DNA of 64,000 bases from assembly GCA_963779845.1 (NCBI GenBank), contig CAVZZV010000005.1, positions 764,245 through 828,244 on the forward strand, given 5' to 3'. Of the stretch, positions 1 through 9,607 are shown in pieces. Positions within the stretch are counted from its first letter, which is position 1. The number at the start of each line of letters is the position of its first letter. The DNA comes from an uncultured Bacteroidales bacterium. GTDB lineage: Bacteria > Bacteroidota > Bacteroidia > Bacteroidales > GCA-2748055. A program made the translations under genes and the position numbers. The notes under the pieces are model-generated. The model did no database searches. It saw nothing but the letters and a program-made list of their open reading frames with translations, and was not told the origin of the DNA.

Positions 1-87
1 TATAACAAAAATAGGTCATGAAATAGCAAAAGGTTAATACATATGGTTTTAAAGAGTGAACTTTTGGATTGCTTTTAATAATTTGGA

Positions 88-1188
88 TCAGGACCTTATA
101 TATTCTGATGGTAATAATTCGAAACGTTTTTTAAAACACTTTGAGAAATAAGAGGTACTATTAAAACCATTTTCAAAGGCTATTTCTGAAATGGTTTTCA
201 GTTTTTGATTAATGTCACTTAATGACCGGATCAATCGATACTCCCTGATAAAATTATTTGGTGATTTTCCAGTGAGCGACATCATTTTTTTATACAATAC
301 AGACTTGCTCATTCCCAATGAACGGCCAAAATCATTCACTGTTAATGCCGCATTCTGCCATTCTTTTTCAATAAGCTCCATCAACGTAATTAGAAAGCTT
401 TCATCGGCCAGTGTTAAACAGAATAGTTTGTTCATTTGGGAAGAATTATCCGGATTCTCCATTAAAAATGAACTCTCCACTTCGTTTGATACCACCATGG
501 CATGGTCTTTTACAAAACAAAGACAATCGGCCAATTTTATCGTGTCTTCAAAGAAATCCTTATCTTTATTAACAGGCATACCGGTTGCCAATCCAATTAT
601 CAGGTCTCTGTTGGAGGTTCCAAATTTGCTTTTCGGGGAATTAAAAGTTTTCACAACGTCTAATGCACATACTACCGCTTTAGACACCGTTTTAAAAGCA
701 ACCAAAAGATAACTTTCCCCCTGTTTTACTATACGTCCTTCAAAATGCTTTAGGATATCCCCAAAAGCAAAAATGGTTTGCTGCAGGGTTACTCCCGATT
801 GTGAAAAATGGACACCTTTTAACGAAATGGTAGTGAACCGAATTGCCATTAAGGTTCTTTGGGCCGGATCATTTATAATGTTTAATTGGTCTTGCGATGA
901 ATGTTCGGGATCTTTAATCCTTCCAAGGAACGACTCTACTATTGTTGCATCAATCTCAATTATTTGAGTGGGCACGTCCCCATGAGCATGGCTATGCATT
1001 TGAAGAATTGATTCTTTATCAGGTGCGTCAACTAAACAAAATGCTATTTTTTTGATTTCATCAAACCAGTATGTCAACCCCCGACAGTTAAATTGGTGCT
1101 GAATTTTTAAGTCTTCTTTATGCAACTGGGCAACATTTTCAGCAGTAACCAATTCCGATACATCATGACGATCCATATAGATGGGCAT
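88..1188 (-). CDS. AraC/XylS-family transcriptional regulator with an N-terminal DUF4242-like domain and a central degenerate cyclase-homology-like domain
   Basis: ORF 88..1194. The first ATG (1188) gives MPIYMDRHDVSE... The N-terminal ~85 aa (...LQMHSHAHGDVPTQIIEID) resemble the small DUF4242/SCO4226-like fold. The C-terminus (LTVNDFGRSLGMSKSVLYKKM...ISEIAFENGFNSTSYFSKCFKKRFELLPSEY) is a classic AraC double HTH. Confidence 0.8.
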   Translation of the reverse strand: MPIYMDRHDVSELVTAENVAQLHKEDLKIQHQFNCRGLTYWFDEIKKIAFCLVDAPDKESILQMHSHAHGDVPTQIIEIDATIVESFLGRIKDPEHSSQDQLNIINDPAQRTLMAIRFTTISLKGVHFSQSGVTLQQTIFAFGDILKHFEGRIVKQGESYLLVAFKTVSKAVVCALDVVKTFNSPKSKFGTSNRDLIIGLATGMPVNKDKDFFEDTIKLADCLCFVKDHAMVVSNEVESSFLMENPDNSSQMNKLFCLTLADESFLITLMELIEKEWQNAALTVNDFGRSLGMSKSVLYKKMMSLTGKSPNNFIREYRLIRSLSDINQKLKTISEIAFENGFNSTSYFSKCFKKRFELLPSEYIRS

Positions 1189-1474
1189 ACGCAAAAAAAT
1201 TTCAGAAAGATTTATTTTAAGGATTATGTGTTATCAGCATACCTATGTGAAGCACTAACATTTTAATTGCTTATTTGTTCGGGTGAATATTTACCCAAAA
1301 CGGATGGAAATATATACCCATTATAGTAGGGAATAAAATTCTATATTTTCCCTGAATTGAAGCGGAGTGGAATCTTCCCGACAAGCTTTCCAATACTTAA
1401 TCTGTAATTCCTGATACCATTGAATAAGTGAACCTGGCAAATAAATATCGGCGTATCGGGGCTATCTTAATTAT

Positions 1475-2297
1475 TCAATAATCTGAATATTCCGTTGGAT
1501 AGAGGAAATTGATGTCGATATGAGAGACATTATTCTTATAAATGGACCTGGCAGACAATTCTTTCCATTCCGGAGCATTACGGAATGTATCCCAATGTTT
1601 TTCCCGGCTTGCCTGATCTGAAAAGGTGGTCATATACATTAGGTTGGGCATTTTTGCCCCGAAGATTACTTCTCCATAAAAAACCGCATTAAATCCAAGC
1701 CGGTCAAAGAGATTAATTTCTCCACCGCCATTAAACATTTCAAGCTTGTTTTTATTATATTGCTCAGTGGGTGATTCATAGCTTCGCAATTCATATACCC
1801 GTTCGGATCTTGGGTTATTGAAGTCAGGAACATGCAATTCAGGCATACCTTGAAAAGCTTTTAACAATAAAGTCTCCATACGATGATAGGGTGGGCGTTC
1901 ATGCGAAGCATTGATATACTCACTTCCGGCATTTAAATATTCCTTATCTTCAGTAAGTTTATCTTTGAGCGTGAGAAATTGTTCAATAGCTGAAAATGGA
2001 ATGAGCACGTAGGTTTTTTGGATAGAGTCAGTTTCATTTAGCTTAGGCTTAAAAACACCAATATTATCAATTCCCAGTTTTTTTAATCCGGGTAAATAGG
2101 CTTCTTTAAGATATTTGTCCACAACTACTTACCTGGCTGTCCGAATCAAAAGTGTAAATTTTGAGCCCATAATATTCCCTTTCAGGGGTAGCACCTTTGC
2201 CCTCGGTTGTTTGGTCAGAATGGGAGTTTCCACAGCTGACTATAGCAAAAGTGCAGATTATTAGAGTAAGAAATTTGATCGCTTTCATTTTAAACAA
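1475..2297 (-). pseudogene. NIPSNAP-family lipoprotein (two NIPSNAP repeats), interrupted by a 1-nt frameshift
   Basis: ORF 2106..2297 has a lipoprotein signal (MKAIKFLTLIICTFAIVSCGN) followed by ...YGLKIYTFDSDSQ. ORF 1475..2122 continues ...VDKYLKEAYLPGLKKLGIDNIGVFKP and has a second repeat, VYELRSYESPTE. Read together they form one NIPSNAP protein. The frame change must lie within 2106..2131. The span is 823 nt = 3n+1. Confidence 0.65.
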
Positions 2298-2702
2298 CTC
2301 TTATTTCACAAATCTAATGATACTTTAGGAAAAACCAAGTCACTCAGGAAAAAACAAAACAAGAAATTTTTTCCGTAATTGTTTATACCATTCGATAACC
2401 TACAGACATAAAATATGAATTATTTCTGTCTTTCAAACAGTGAAAGTTGACTGATCAACGCCCGGCTCTCGAACCCACCTGCCAGTGCACCGGTGGTTAC
2501 CCCAACGGTACTGATGAAGGCGGCCAGGCGTATCAAATCGTTTAATTCAACTACCTGTTTATTTAAGGTGGGCCAGGTTTGTATCAGGTCTCCCGGGAAA
2601 ACATAGAGTTTCGAGTCCTGCCTCAAGTTTGTATAAAGCCCTGTACTTTTTACGCTTATAGGAAATGCTTTGCGTGTTTTTCATTTATTCTGAGAATCAG
2701 GC

Positions 2703-3092
2703 TTATTTCAGTTTTTCGATTGCCGCCTTCAACCTCCCCCTGATTTCCTCCGCGATCTCCCCCAACTCATGGTTTCCGACAGCCTGCATAGAGGCTATTG
2801 GATCCACGGCAGCCACTTCAATCTCGCCCTCAGACTTTTCCTGCACGATAACATTGCAGGGCAACATCGTTCCAATTTTGTCCTCCCTTTTTAAAGCTTC
2901 ATAGGCGTGTTTAGGGCTGCATGCTCCCAAAATTCTGTACTTTCTGAAATCCACATTTAGTTTTTCCTTTAACTTCTCGTGGATATCTATAACGGTTAAT
3001 ACTCCAAAACCCTCAGTCTTCAGGGCTTCATAGGTTTTCTCCACGGCAGATTCAAAATCTGTGTGAAGCGTTTTTTCAAAATAGTATTTCAT
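2703..3092 (-). CDS. DUF302 domain-containing protein
   Basis: 129 aa. MKYYFEKTLHTDFESAVEKTYEALKTEGFGVLTVIDIHEKLKEKL...YRILGACSPKHAYEAL...MLPCNVIVQE is the typical DUF302 pattern. Confidence 0.8.
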   Translation of the reverse strand: MKYYFEKTLHTDFESAVEKTYEALKTEGFGVLTVIDIHEKLKEKLNVDFRKYRILGACSPKHAYEALKREDKIGTMLPCNVIVQEKSEGEIEVAAVDPIASMQAVGNHELGEIAEEIRGRLKAAIEKLK

Positions 3093-3171
3093 GGCTCAAT
3101 TAATATATGTTATTGAATTTAACTCAATCCTAATAATTTTGGGTCCCTCGTGCTTTATTCCACATCCATAA

Positions 3172-3351
3172 TTATCTTAAATTTTCTTTTAATAAATTTA
3201 TTAAGTCTTCAGATAAGTCTGCTATCTTTTTCATTAATCGCTTATTATCAATCGCTCGAATTGGGTCAATCATAATATCACAATCCGGATTTAGACCCTT
3301 TTTTAGATGAAATCTTACCATATGAGATTTTTTTGGTATTAGATTCAGCAA
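3172..3351 (-). pseudogene. C-terminal remnant of a PemK/MazF-family type II toxin
   Basis: My own translation of the minus strand gives ...LIPKKSHMVRFHLKKGLNPDCDIMIDPIRAIDNKRLMKKIADLSEDLINLLKENLR*. The block D..IR.IDK.RL.KKIG.L matches the conserved C-terminal MazF motif (QIRTIDKxRLxxKIGxL). The N-terminal two thirds of a MazF fold are missing and there is no antitoxin ORF. Confidence 0.4.
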
Positions 3352-3708
3352 TCAGGGAATAACCACCACCCGTGCTTCCATTCCTTCGTGAATAGTACAA
3401 ATATAGGCGAACTCCCCAAGGTCAGCAAATTCAAGGTTGAATGTTTCACCTGGTCCGATCAAACCGCTGGAGAAAAGCCCTGCCTTACTTGTTACCGTAT
3501 GGCTCGTATTATCTTTGTTGGTCCAGGTAACAGACTCTCCTGAATCAATTTTCATCATTTCAGGAACAAATTTATTCCCTTCCATCCAGACCTGGTTAGG
3601 TCCCGGGACTTCATTTTTCTTGTATTTATCGCAGGAGAAAAGTAACAGGGAAAGGGAAAGGGCCCATATAAAGAGATGTTTCTGAATTCTGAGTCTCTGA
3701 ACTGACAT
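3352..3708 (-). CDS. cupredoxin (plastocyanin/amicyanin-like type-1 copper protein), lipoprotein
   Basis: 118 aa. Signal plus lipobox (LLLFSCDK). Copper ligand pattern H (NTSHTVTS) ... C-x2-H-x2-M (YICTIHEGMEARVVV). Confidence 0.75.
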   Translation of the reverse strand: MSVQRLRIQKHLFIWALSLSLLLFSCDKYKKNEVPGPNQVWMEGNKFVPEMMKIDSGESVTWTNKDNTSHTVTSKAGLFSSGLIGPGETFNLEFADLGEFAYICTIHEGMEARVVVIP

Positions 3709-3808
3709 GACCGATGTTTTATTTAAAGATGTTTTATTTTAAACGATCCAGGCAGCCGGCTTGTTCGAAAAGGATGGATGTTCCTTGTCGCTCTAATTCA
3801 AAAAGGGG

Positions 3809-5074
3809 TTACCGCGGAAGAGCCTGCCGCATCACCATTTGCGCGGTGTGCCGGTTGTGCTGTTCCAGAATTACCTCTTTATCAACCGTTACACGTCTTA
3901 TGGTCGTTTCGTCATAATAACGGATCGTCACAAGTTCCAGTCCCCCCTCGAGTTTGATGCTGAAATGCTTCACCAGTTCATCCTTTATCCGGTCAATCCT
4001 AATGGGGTCATTGTTCACACAAATCTGAAAAGAGACGGCCGAATTTTGCATCAGGTTAATCTTCAATCCGTACCTGGCGCAGGATCCGAGTATGAGTTCC
4101 AGGTTCTCCTCCGCGATAAAAGATAGATCTTTGGCCGAGATAGAAATCAGGAGCTGGTCCATCTTAAAAATAAAAGAGGGGATCAAAGTTTCATAATGGC
4201 TCTCCCCTATTCTTGTTCCGGGCAATTCAGGATGAATAAAGGAGCGCACGAACAAAGGAATATTCTTCGCCTTTAATGGCTGTATAGTCTTTGGATGAAT
4301 GACGCTGGCCCCGTAATAAGCCAGTTCAATGGCATCGGTATAGGAAATATTTTCCAGAAGTACCGTCTCATCAAACCATTTTGGGTCTGCATTGAGTACG
4401 CCAGGTACATCTTTCCAGATGATGAGTTTTTCCGCTTCCAGGATATTGGCTAATATAGCTGCAGTATAGTCCGATCCCTCCCTTCCAAGGGTGGTGGTGA
4501 GGTTATTTACGGTGGAGGCAATAAATCCCTGGGTAATAAATAACTGATTATCATTAAACCCAAAATCATGTTTTACCAGGTCACGGGTCAAGTCCCACCG
4601 GACATTCCCTTCCCGGTAATGGTCATCGGTAATCAGGGACTTGCGAATATCCCTCCAGACAGTTTTAATACCCGATTCATTCAACCATGCCGATACGATC
4701 CGGGTGGACAACAATTCGCCGTAACAAATGATTTGATCGTAATCGAAATCAAAATTCAGGGAGGGGGTTTCGTCCAGTTTGGCCTGGAGCATTTCAAAAA
4801 GCTGATTTACCTCATCATAAACCCTGTGCTTTTCATGAAAAAGTCCGTTCATAATATCGAGGTGGAAACCCTTTAGCCTCGACACAGCAAGATCCAGCTC
4901 CCTCCTTTGTCCTGAAAAATAGATCAAAGAGATATTTTCAAGGGCGTTGGTAGTCTTTCCCATGGCGGAAACCACAATGACTACTTTATCATTGAATTTG
5001 CGCAAAATCCCGGCAAGATTTTGAACAGCGTCAGCCTCCTTAACGGAGGCTCCACCAAATTTAAATACGAGCAT
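3809..5074 (-). CDS. lysC: aspartate kinase
   Basis: ORF 3809..5086. The ATG at 5074 gives MLVFKFGGASVKE...VVSAMGKTTNALE...GREGSDYTAAILA, with C-terminal ACT-like repeats. Confidence 0.9.
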   Translation of the reverse strand: MLVFKFGGASVKEADAVQNLAGILRKFNDKVVIVVSAMGKTTNALENISLIYFSGQRRELDLAVSRLKGFHLDIMNGLFHEKHRVYDEVNQLFEMLQAKLDETPSLNFDFDYDQIICYGELLSTRIVSAWLNESGIKTVWRDIRKSLITDDHYREGNVRWDLTRDLVKHDFGFNDNQLFITQGFIASTVNNLTTTLGREGSDYTAAILANILEAEKLIIWKDVPGVLNADPKWFDETVLLENISYTDAIELAYYGASVIHPKTIQPLKAKNIPLFVRSFIHPELPGTRIGESHYETLIPSFIFKMDQLLISISAKDLSFIAEENLELILGSCARYGLKINLMQNSAVSFQICVNNDPIRIDRIKDELVKHFSIKLEGGLELVTIRYYDETTIRRVTVDKEVILEQHNRHTAQMVMRQALPR

Positions 5075-5122
5075 AGGAACTTTCAAATTTTTTATTAACC
5101 GTTAAACTTTCTGAATGGTTAG

Positions 5123-5130
5123 TATGTTTG
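5123..5130 (+). promoter_or_regulatory. candidate Bacteroidota -7 promoter element (TATGTTTG = TAnnTTTG) upstream of fbp
   Basis: Exact match to the TAnnTTTG -7 consensus, 83 nt upstream of the fbp ATG. No clear -33 TTTG partner. A chance match is possible in AT-rich DNA. Confidence 0.25.
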
Positions 5131-5212
5131 TCATTAGTCTGACGCTTGCCTGACCAAAGCTATAACAAAGGAATTTAAATTCAACTTATCGAAATAAAAA
5201 ACTTTTAAATAA

Positions 5213-6226
5213 ATGGATATAAACTATCAACCGCAAACCCTGAGCGAATTCATTACCAGCCAGCAAACAGCTTTTCCTTATGCCAAAGGCGATCTTTCGA
5301 GGCTTCTGAACCATATCGGGGTGGCTTCAAAAATTGTAAACAGGGAAGTAAACGCGGCAGGATTGGTTGAAATACTTGGAAAAGCGGGAAAAACAAACAT
5401 CCAGGGCGAAGATGTTCAAAAACTGGATGAATTCGCGAACAACCAGTTCATAAAAATTCTGACTTCCAGTGGAGAGGTATGCGGACTGGCCTCAGAAGAG
5501 GATCATGATATTATCAGCTTCGACAACAATTTTACCAATGATGGAAAATACGTGGTATGCATTGATCCGCTCGATGGCTCTTCAAATATTGATGTGAACG
5601 TCTCTATTGGCACAATTTTCTCCATATACCGGAGGATAACAGAAACCGGAACAGGCCCCGATGACCGGGACATACTACAGCCGGGGAATAAGCAGGTTGC
5701 AGCGGGATATGTTATTTATGGTTCCTCCACCATGCTTGTTTATACCACAGGCCTTGGGGTTACCGGATTTACCCTGGACCCGTCGATTGGGGAATACTGT
5801 CTTTCCCATTTCCAGATTGTCACTCCTGAAAATGGAAATATGTATTCCATCAATGAAGGCAATTTCAATCAGTTTTCACCCGGAATAAAAAAATATCTTG
5901 AATACTGCCGCAACAGCGAAGGTAAAAACAGTTATTCTTCCCGTTATATAGGCTCCCTGGTATCCGACTTTCACCGCAACCTCTTAAAAGGAGGGATTTA
6001 TATTTACCCATCAACGGAAAAACAACCGGGCGGCAAATTGCGCCTGCTTTATGAATGTAATCCCATAGCCTTCCTCGCAGAACAAGCCGGGGGACTTGCC
6101 ACGGACGGAAAAGGTCAGAGGATTTTGGACATTATCCCCCAGGCCATTCACCAGAGAACCCCCTTTTTCACCGGATCAAAAAATATGGTTCTTAAGGCCG
6201 AGGAGATGATAAGGGAATTCGGGTAG
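5213..6226 (+). CDS. fbp: class 1 fructose-1,6-bisphosphatase
   Basis: 337 aa. ...[25 protein letters not shown]..., [21 protein letters not shown]. Confidence 0.95.
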   Translation: MDINYQPQTLSEFITSQQTAFPYAKGDLSRLLNHIGVASKIVNREVNAAGLVEILGKAGKTNIQGEDVQKLDEFANNQFIKILTSSGEVCGLASEEDHDIISFDNNFTNDGKYVVCIDPLDGSSNIDVNVSIGTIFSIYRRITETGTGPDDRDILQPGNKQVAAGYVIYGSSTMLVYTTGLGVTGFTLDPSIGEYCLSHFQIVTPENGNMYSINEGNFNQFSPGIKKYLEYCRNSEGKNSYSSRYIGSLVSDFHRNLLKGGIYIYPSTEKQPGGKLRLLYECNPIAFLAEQAGGLATDGKGQRILDIIPQAIHQRTPFFTGSKNMVLKAEEMIREFG

Positions 6227-6233
6227 AAAACAA

Positions 6234-9200
6234 TTACCCCAACCCTCCTCCTATCAGCATTTCCACTTTACTATACAACTCCACCGCCTTCAGTGGTTTG
6301 GTGATATAATCGTTGCAGCCCGCATCCAAACAGGCTTCCCGCTCTTCCGCCATGGCATAGGCCGTCTGCGCGATGATGGGAATTTCAGGATGTTGCTTAC
6401 GTATTTCCTTCACTGCCTCAATTCCATCCATGACAGGCATGTTGATATCCACAATGATCAGGTCGGGCACCTCTTTTAGCACCCTACGGACCAGTTCCTT
6501 TCCGTTTTTTAGATGAATCTGCCGGGCACCACTTTCAGAGAGCAACTCATTAAGCAATACATATGAATTTGAATCGTCCTCGGCAATATAAATCAACTTC
6601 CCTTCAAATTTCGAAATGGCAGCTGGAGGACCCTGGAAAGAACCCTCCACTTCAAAAAACTTTCCATCCCCCATCGGATGGGTAAAATAGAATGCGGATC
6701 CCTCGTCTTGTTTTGAATCCACCCATATCGTCCCACCCAATAGCTCAACCAGGCCTTTTGTGATGCTAAGACCCAAACCAGTTCCCATTTGTGTCTTTTG
6801 GTTATCGGCCTGGACAAAACGCATGAAAATATTAAATCGGTCTTTCTCCGGTATACCGACTCCGGTATCTTTTACGACAAATTCTACATTTGATTTTTTT
6901 GAAATGGAATACAGCACTTCAATCCTGCCCTCCACTGTAAACTTGATAGCATTGTTCAGCAAATTATCGAAAATTTGCCTTAAACGCTGGGGATCAGTGA
7001 AAATGATCAAGTCCTCTTTCCCTTTTTTCTTCTTAAAGACGAGGGAAAGGTTTTCCCTTTGCTGAAATAAAGGACTTTGGCGGTGTGAAACGATAACCTC
7101 CTCAATCAATGTGTCGATATTGCACCACCTCCAGTTAATCTCCAACTGATTTGACTCAATTTTTGAAATATCAATGATATCATTGATCAACATCATGAGT
7201 TGCTCACCCGATTTAAGGATGTATCCTGAAAACTTTTGTCTTTTCTCTTCGGTAAGGTTTTTATGAACAAGGAGTTCGGAAAAACCCAATATGCTGTTCA
7301 TCGGTGTGCGTATCTCATGGGACATGTTTGCGAGAAAAGCCGATTTTAGCCGGTCACTCTCTTCGGCTTTCTCAATGGCCTCTTCCAGTTGAATATTTAT
7401 ATCCTGAATTTCCTCAATGTTAGCCTGTAATTTTTCGTTAATAGAAATATTTTCCTCATTTTGGGTGGCAATCTCATGGTTCTTTTCTTCCAACAGGTGT
7501 TCATTTTTCTTAGTCTCGGTGATATCATGAATAATCCCGAATACCCGTTTTGATTCGCTGTCATATTCGGCAACCGAATGAATATCGATAATCCTTCCGT
7601 CTTTCCTGTTTTTGATCCTGAATTCCTGATCATAGGGTCCCTGCCCATTTACAAGTTCTTTTATGGCACGGTCAAGCCTATCCCTGTATTCAGGAATCGG
7701 AATGCTTTTAATAAATTCATAGGGAATCTCGAAGCTATCCAGTCCATAAAGGTCGCGTGCACCCTGAGAAGCCTTTATTTTTCCTGCATTAAGATCGAGC
7801 TCCCAATGTCCCAGACATGCGACCCTTTCAGCCCTTATAAGCCGTTGGTGACTGGCCTTAAGCTCGTGCTCGGCTTTTACCCGTTCGCTTACATCGCTAG
7901 AAACGACAATTGCCCTGGGATTCCCCGCATCTCCTTTGTAAACACTTCCCCGGCACTCAAAAAAATGGTAATGTCCGTTTTTATCACGAAACTCCCATAA
8001 GGCACTCTTTTCCTGTTTATTTTTAAAAAATTGCCGGAATGCAGTATCAAAGTCATTTCTCTTCTCTTCTCTCACCAAATCAGATACCTTCATCCCAATG
8101 AGTTCAGAGGCTTTAAACCGTAAGACAGAGCTATAGGCATCATTCACATAAATAAACTCCCCCTCCTCATTTATCTCGGCTATTAGTTCATTCATATGGG
8201 TGATCAACCGCCGGTAACGTTCATCGCTTTCCTTTAAAGCCTTTTCCACCCGATTCCTGGCCGTCACATCCCTGGAAACCCCCGAAAAGCCTGTCAATTC
8301 ACCAGATATATTAAATATAGGGTTCGATGATATTTCCATATATATTTTTTTTCCGCTTTTTGTCCTTAGGGTATAATCACCGTATTCCGTTAGCCCTGAT
8401 ACTTTTTCCCTGATCTTTTTCTCAATGACCTGGTTTAATTTTTCTATTGATTCCGGCTCCATGTATTTCAGCAAACATGTACCCATTAGTTCCGTGGATG
8501 AATAACCGGTAACCCTTTTTACTGTAGGGGATAGGTAAATGAAATTCAGTTCCTTGTCGAGCTGCCAAATAATGTCGTTAATGTTGGCATGTATGAATCG
8601 CATCATCTTCTCACTTTCGGCCAGGGCAAGCTCATTTTTTTTGCGGTTGCTGATGTCACGGAGTATCCCAACCAGTATATTTGCCTCACCTTTTACGTTC
8701 CGCTGAATAATTTTGGCGGTGCAAACAACCCAGATATATTTCCCGTCCGAATGTTTTAACTGATACTCCATATAAAAATTCCGGGTCTTTCCATCGATAT
8801 AGTCAAAAAAAGCCCGTTTGACCTGATCCTGTTGGTCGGGGTGGATCTGTTCTATTATCCACTTCCCACTCCTTTTGCTGTTCCCCTGAAGGTTTCCGGT
8901 CATTTTGAGAGTGGCATCGTCGATAATAAAAATATCATCGGCGAGGTTCCATTCCCATATTCCCTCTTTGGCTGCTTCCATGGCCAGTTTAAGCCGGGCA
9001 TTCAATTCCTGCAGATTCCGTTCGCTTTTGGCGAGCTGCTCATTTGCTTTCCCGGACTCCTCCTGAGCCTTTACCCTTTCGGTAATGTCCGTGACTATCA
9101 GAACAAAACGATTTTCAAAAAGATAATAAGCAGAAATGGAGAGATATTTTTTGTAATAATCTGAATAGGTCTCAAATGTCTCGGATTCTTGCGACTCAAC

Positions 9201-9521
9201 GACCTTCTTGTAGATATCCAAGTGCTGGATGGGGAGGCGGGGCAGCACCTCGGAAAACATCTTCCCACAAACCACCTGGTTTTCCAGGCCGGTGAGTTTT
9301 TCATAGGCGGTATTGATCCCGATGATTTTCAATTCTCTTGCTTCATCATCCTTTTCATGACAAAACTCCAGGATAATGGCCGCTTCATTCATCCGTTGGA
9401 ACAGGTAGTAGAATTGTTTTACATGGGAAGGGTCCGAATTTTGGATTCCGGGCTTCTCCTGAGATGCGTGCTCTTCTTTATCCTGAATCATCTTTTTCCC
9501 GCGGATTTCTTTTTTTCGCAT
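6234..9521 (-). CDS. multi-PAS hybrid sensor histidine kinase / response regulator
   Basis: 1095 aa. Several PAS/PAC repeats (e.g. ...GILRDISNRKKNELAL, VSRDVTARNRVEKAL, IIHDITETKKNE). HisKA H-box FLANMSHEIRTPMNSILGF. HATPase region (DTGVGIP...GTGLGLSI). C-terminal receiver (IYIAEDDSNS...VDINMPVMDG...KP). Confidence 0.9.
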   Translation of the reverse strand: MRKKEIRGKKMIQDKEEHASQEKPGIQNSDPSHVKQFYYLFQRMNEAAIILEFCHEKDDEARELKIIGINTAYEKLTGLENQVVCGKMFSEVLPRLPIQHLDIYKKVVESQESETFETYSDYYKKYLSISAYYLFENRFVLIVTDITERVKAQEESGKANEQLAKSERNLQELNARLKLAMEAAKEGIWEWNLADDIFIIDDATLKMTGNLQGNSKRSGKWIIEQIHPDQQDQVKRAFFDYIDGKTRNFYMEYQLKHSDGKYIWVVCTAKIIQRNVKGEANILVGILRDISNRKKNELALAESEKMMRFIHANINDIIWQLDKELNFIYLSPTVKRVTGYSSTELMGTCLLKYMEPESIEKLNQVIEKKIREKVSGLTEYGDYTLRTKSGKKIYMEISSNPIFNISGELTGFSGVSRDVTARNRVEKALKESDERYRRLITHMNELIAEINEEGEFIYVNDAYSSVLRFKASELIGMKVSDLVREEKRNDFDTAFRQFFKNKQEKSALWEFRDKNGHYHFFECRGSVYKGDAGNPRAIVVSSDVSERVKAEHELKASHQRLIRAERVACLGHWELDLNAGKIKASQGARDLYGLDSFEIPYEFIKSIPIPEYRDRLDRAIKELVNGQGPYDQEFRIKNRKDGRIIDIHSVAEYDSESKRVFGIIHDITETKKNEHLLEEKNHEIATQNEENISINEKLQANIEEIQDINIQLEEAIEKAEESDRLKSAFLANMSHEIRTPMNSILGFSELLVHKNLTEEKRQKFSGYILKSGEQLMMLINDIIDISKIESNQLEINWRWCNIDTLIEEVIVSHRQSPLFQQRENLSLVFKKKKGKEDLIIFTDPQRLRQIFDNLLNNAIKFTVEGRIEVLYSISKKSNVEFVVKDTGVGIPEKDRFNIFMRFVQADNQKTQMGTGLGLSITKGLVELLGGTIWVDSKQDEGSAFYFTHPMGDGKFFEVEGSFQGPPAAISKFEGKLIYIAEDDSNSYVLLNELLSESGARQIHLKNGKELVRRVLKEVPDLIIVDINMPVMDGIEAVKEIRKQHPEIPIIAQTAYAMAEEREACLDAGCNDYITKPLKAVELYSKVEMLIGGGLG

Positions 9522-9607
9522 GGCAGAAAGGCTTAGGGTAAGTGGTTTGTCTATTCCGAATAAAATTAGTGAATATTTTAACTAATTTTGCAAGGAAATT
9601 TAAGTTC

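Noticed and set aside
212-712. 166-aa plus-strand ORF. The same applies to many similar ORFs in the track, e.g. 15535-16032(-), 29995-30561(+), 31791-32342(+), 39475-39981(+), 57672-58187(-).
   Set aside because: All of them lie antisense inside long, well-supported genes. Their translations are low-complexity or Leu/Ser/Arg/Phe-rich, as is typical of shadow frames, and none shows a recognisable motif. I treated them as antisense shadow ORFs.
2420-2626. 68-codon minus-strand ORF (TTG start; …YVFPGDLIQTWPTLNKQVVELNDLIRLAAFISTVGVTTGALAGGFESRALISQL…) between the NIPSNAP and DUF302 genes.
   Set aside because: It has no ATG and no motif I recognise. The frame stays open upstream without a start, so it could be a gene fragment or noise. 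This is not enough support to call a CDS. A BLASTP/TBLASTN search would decide.
3352-3354. Stop-codon read-through or fusion of the cupredoxin with the in-frame MazF-like remnant downstream.
   Set aside because: Being in frame has a 1-in-3 chance expectation. The remnant lacks most of the toxin fold, and there is no read-through context that I recognise.
5075-5212. Lysine riboswitch in front of lysC.
   Set aside because: The whole divergent lysC/fbp spacer is under 140 nt. It lacks the conserved L-box helices and is too short for that riboswitch class.
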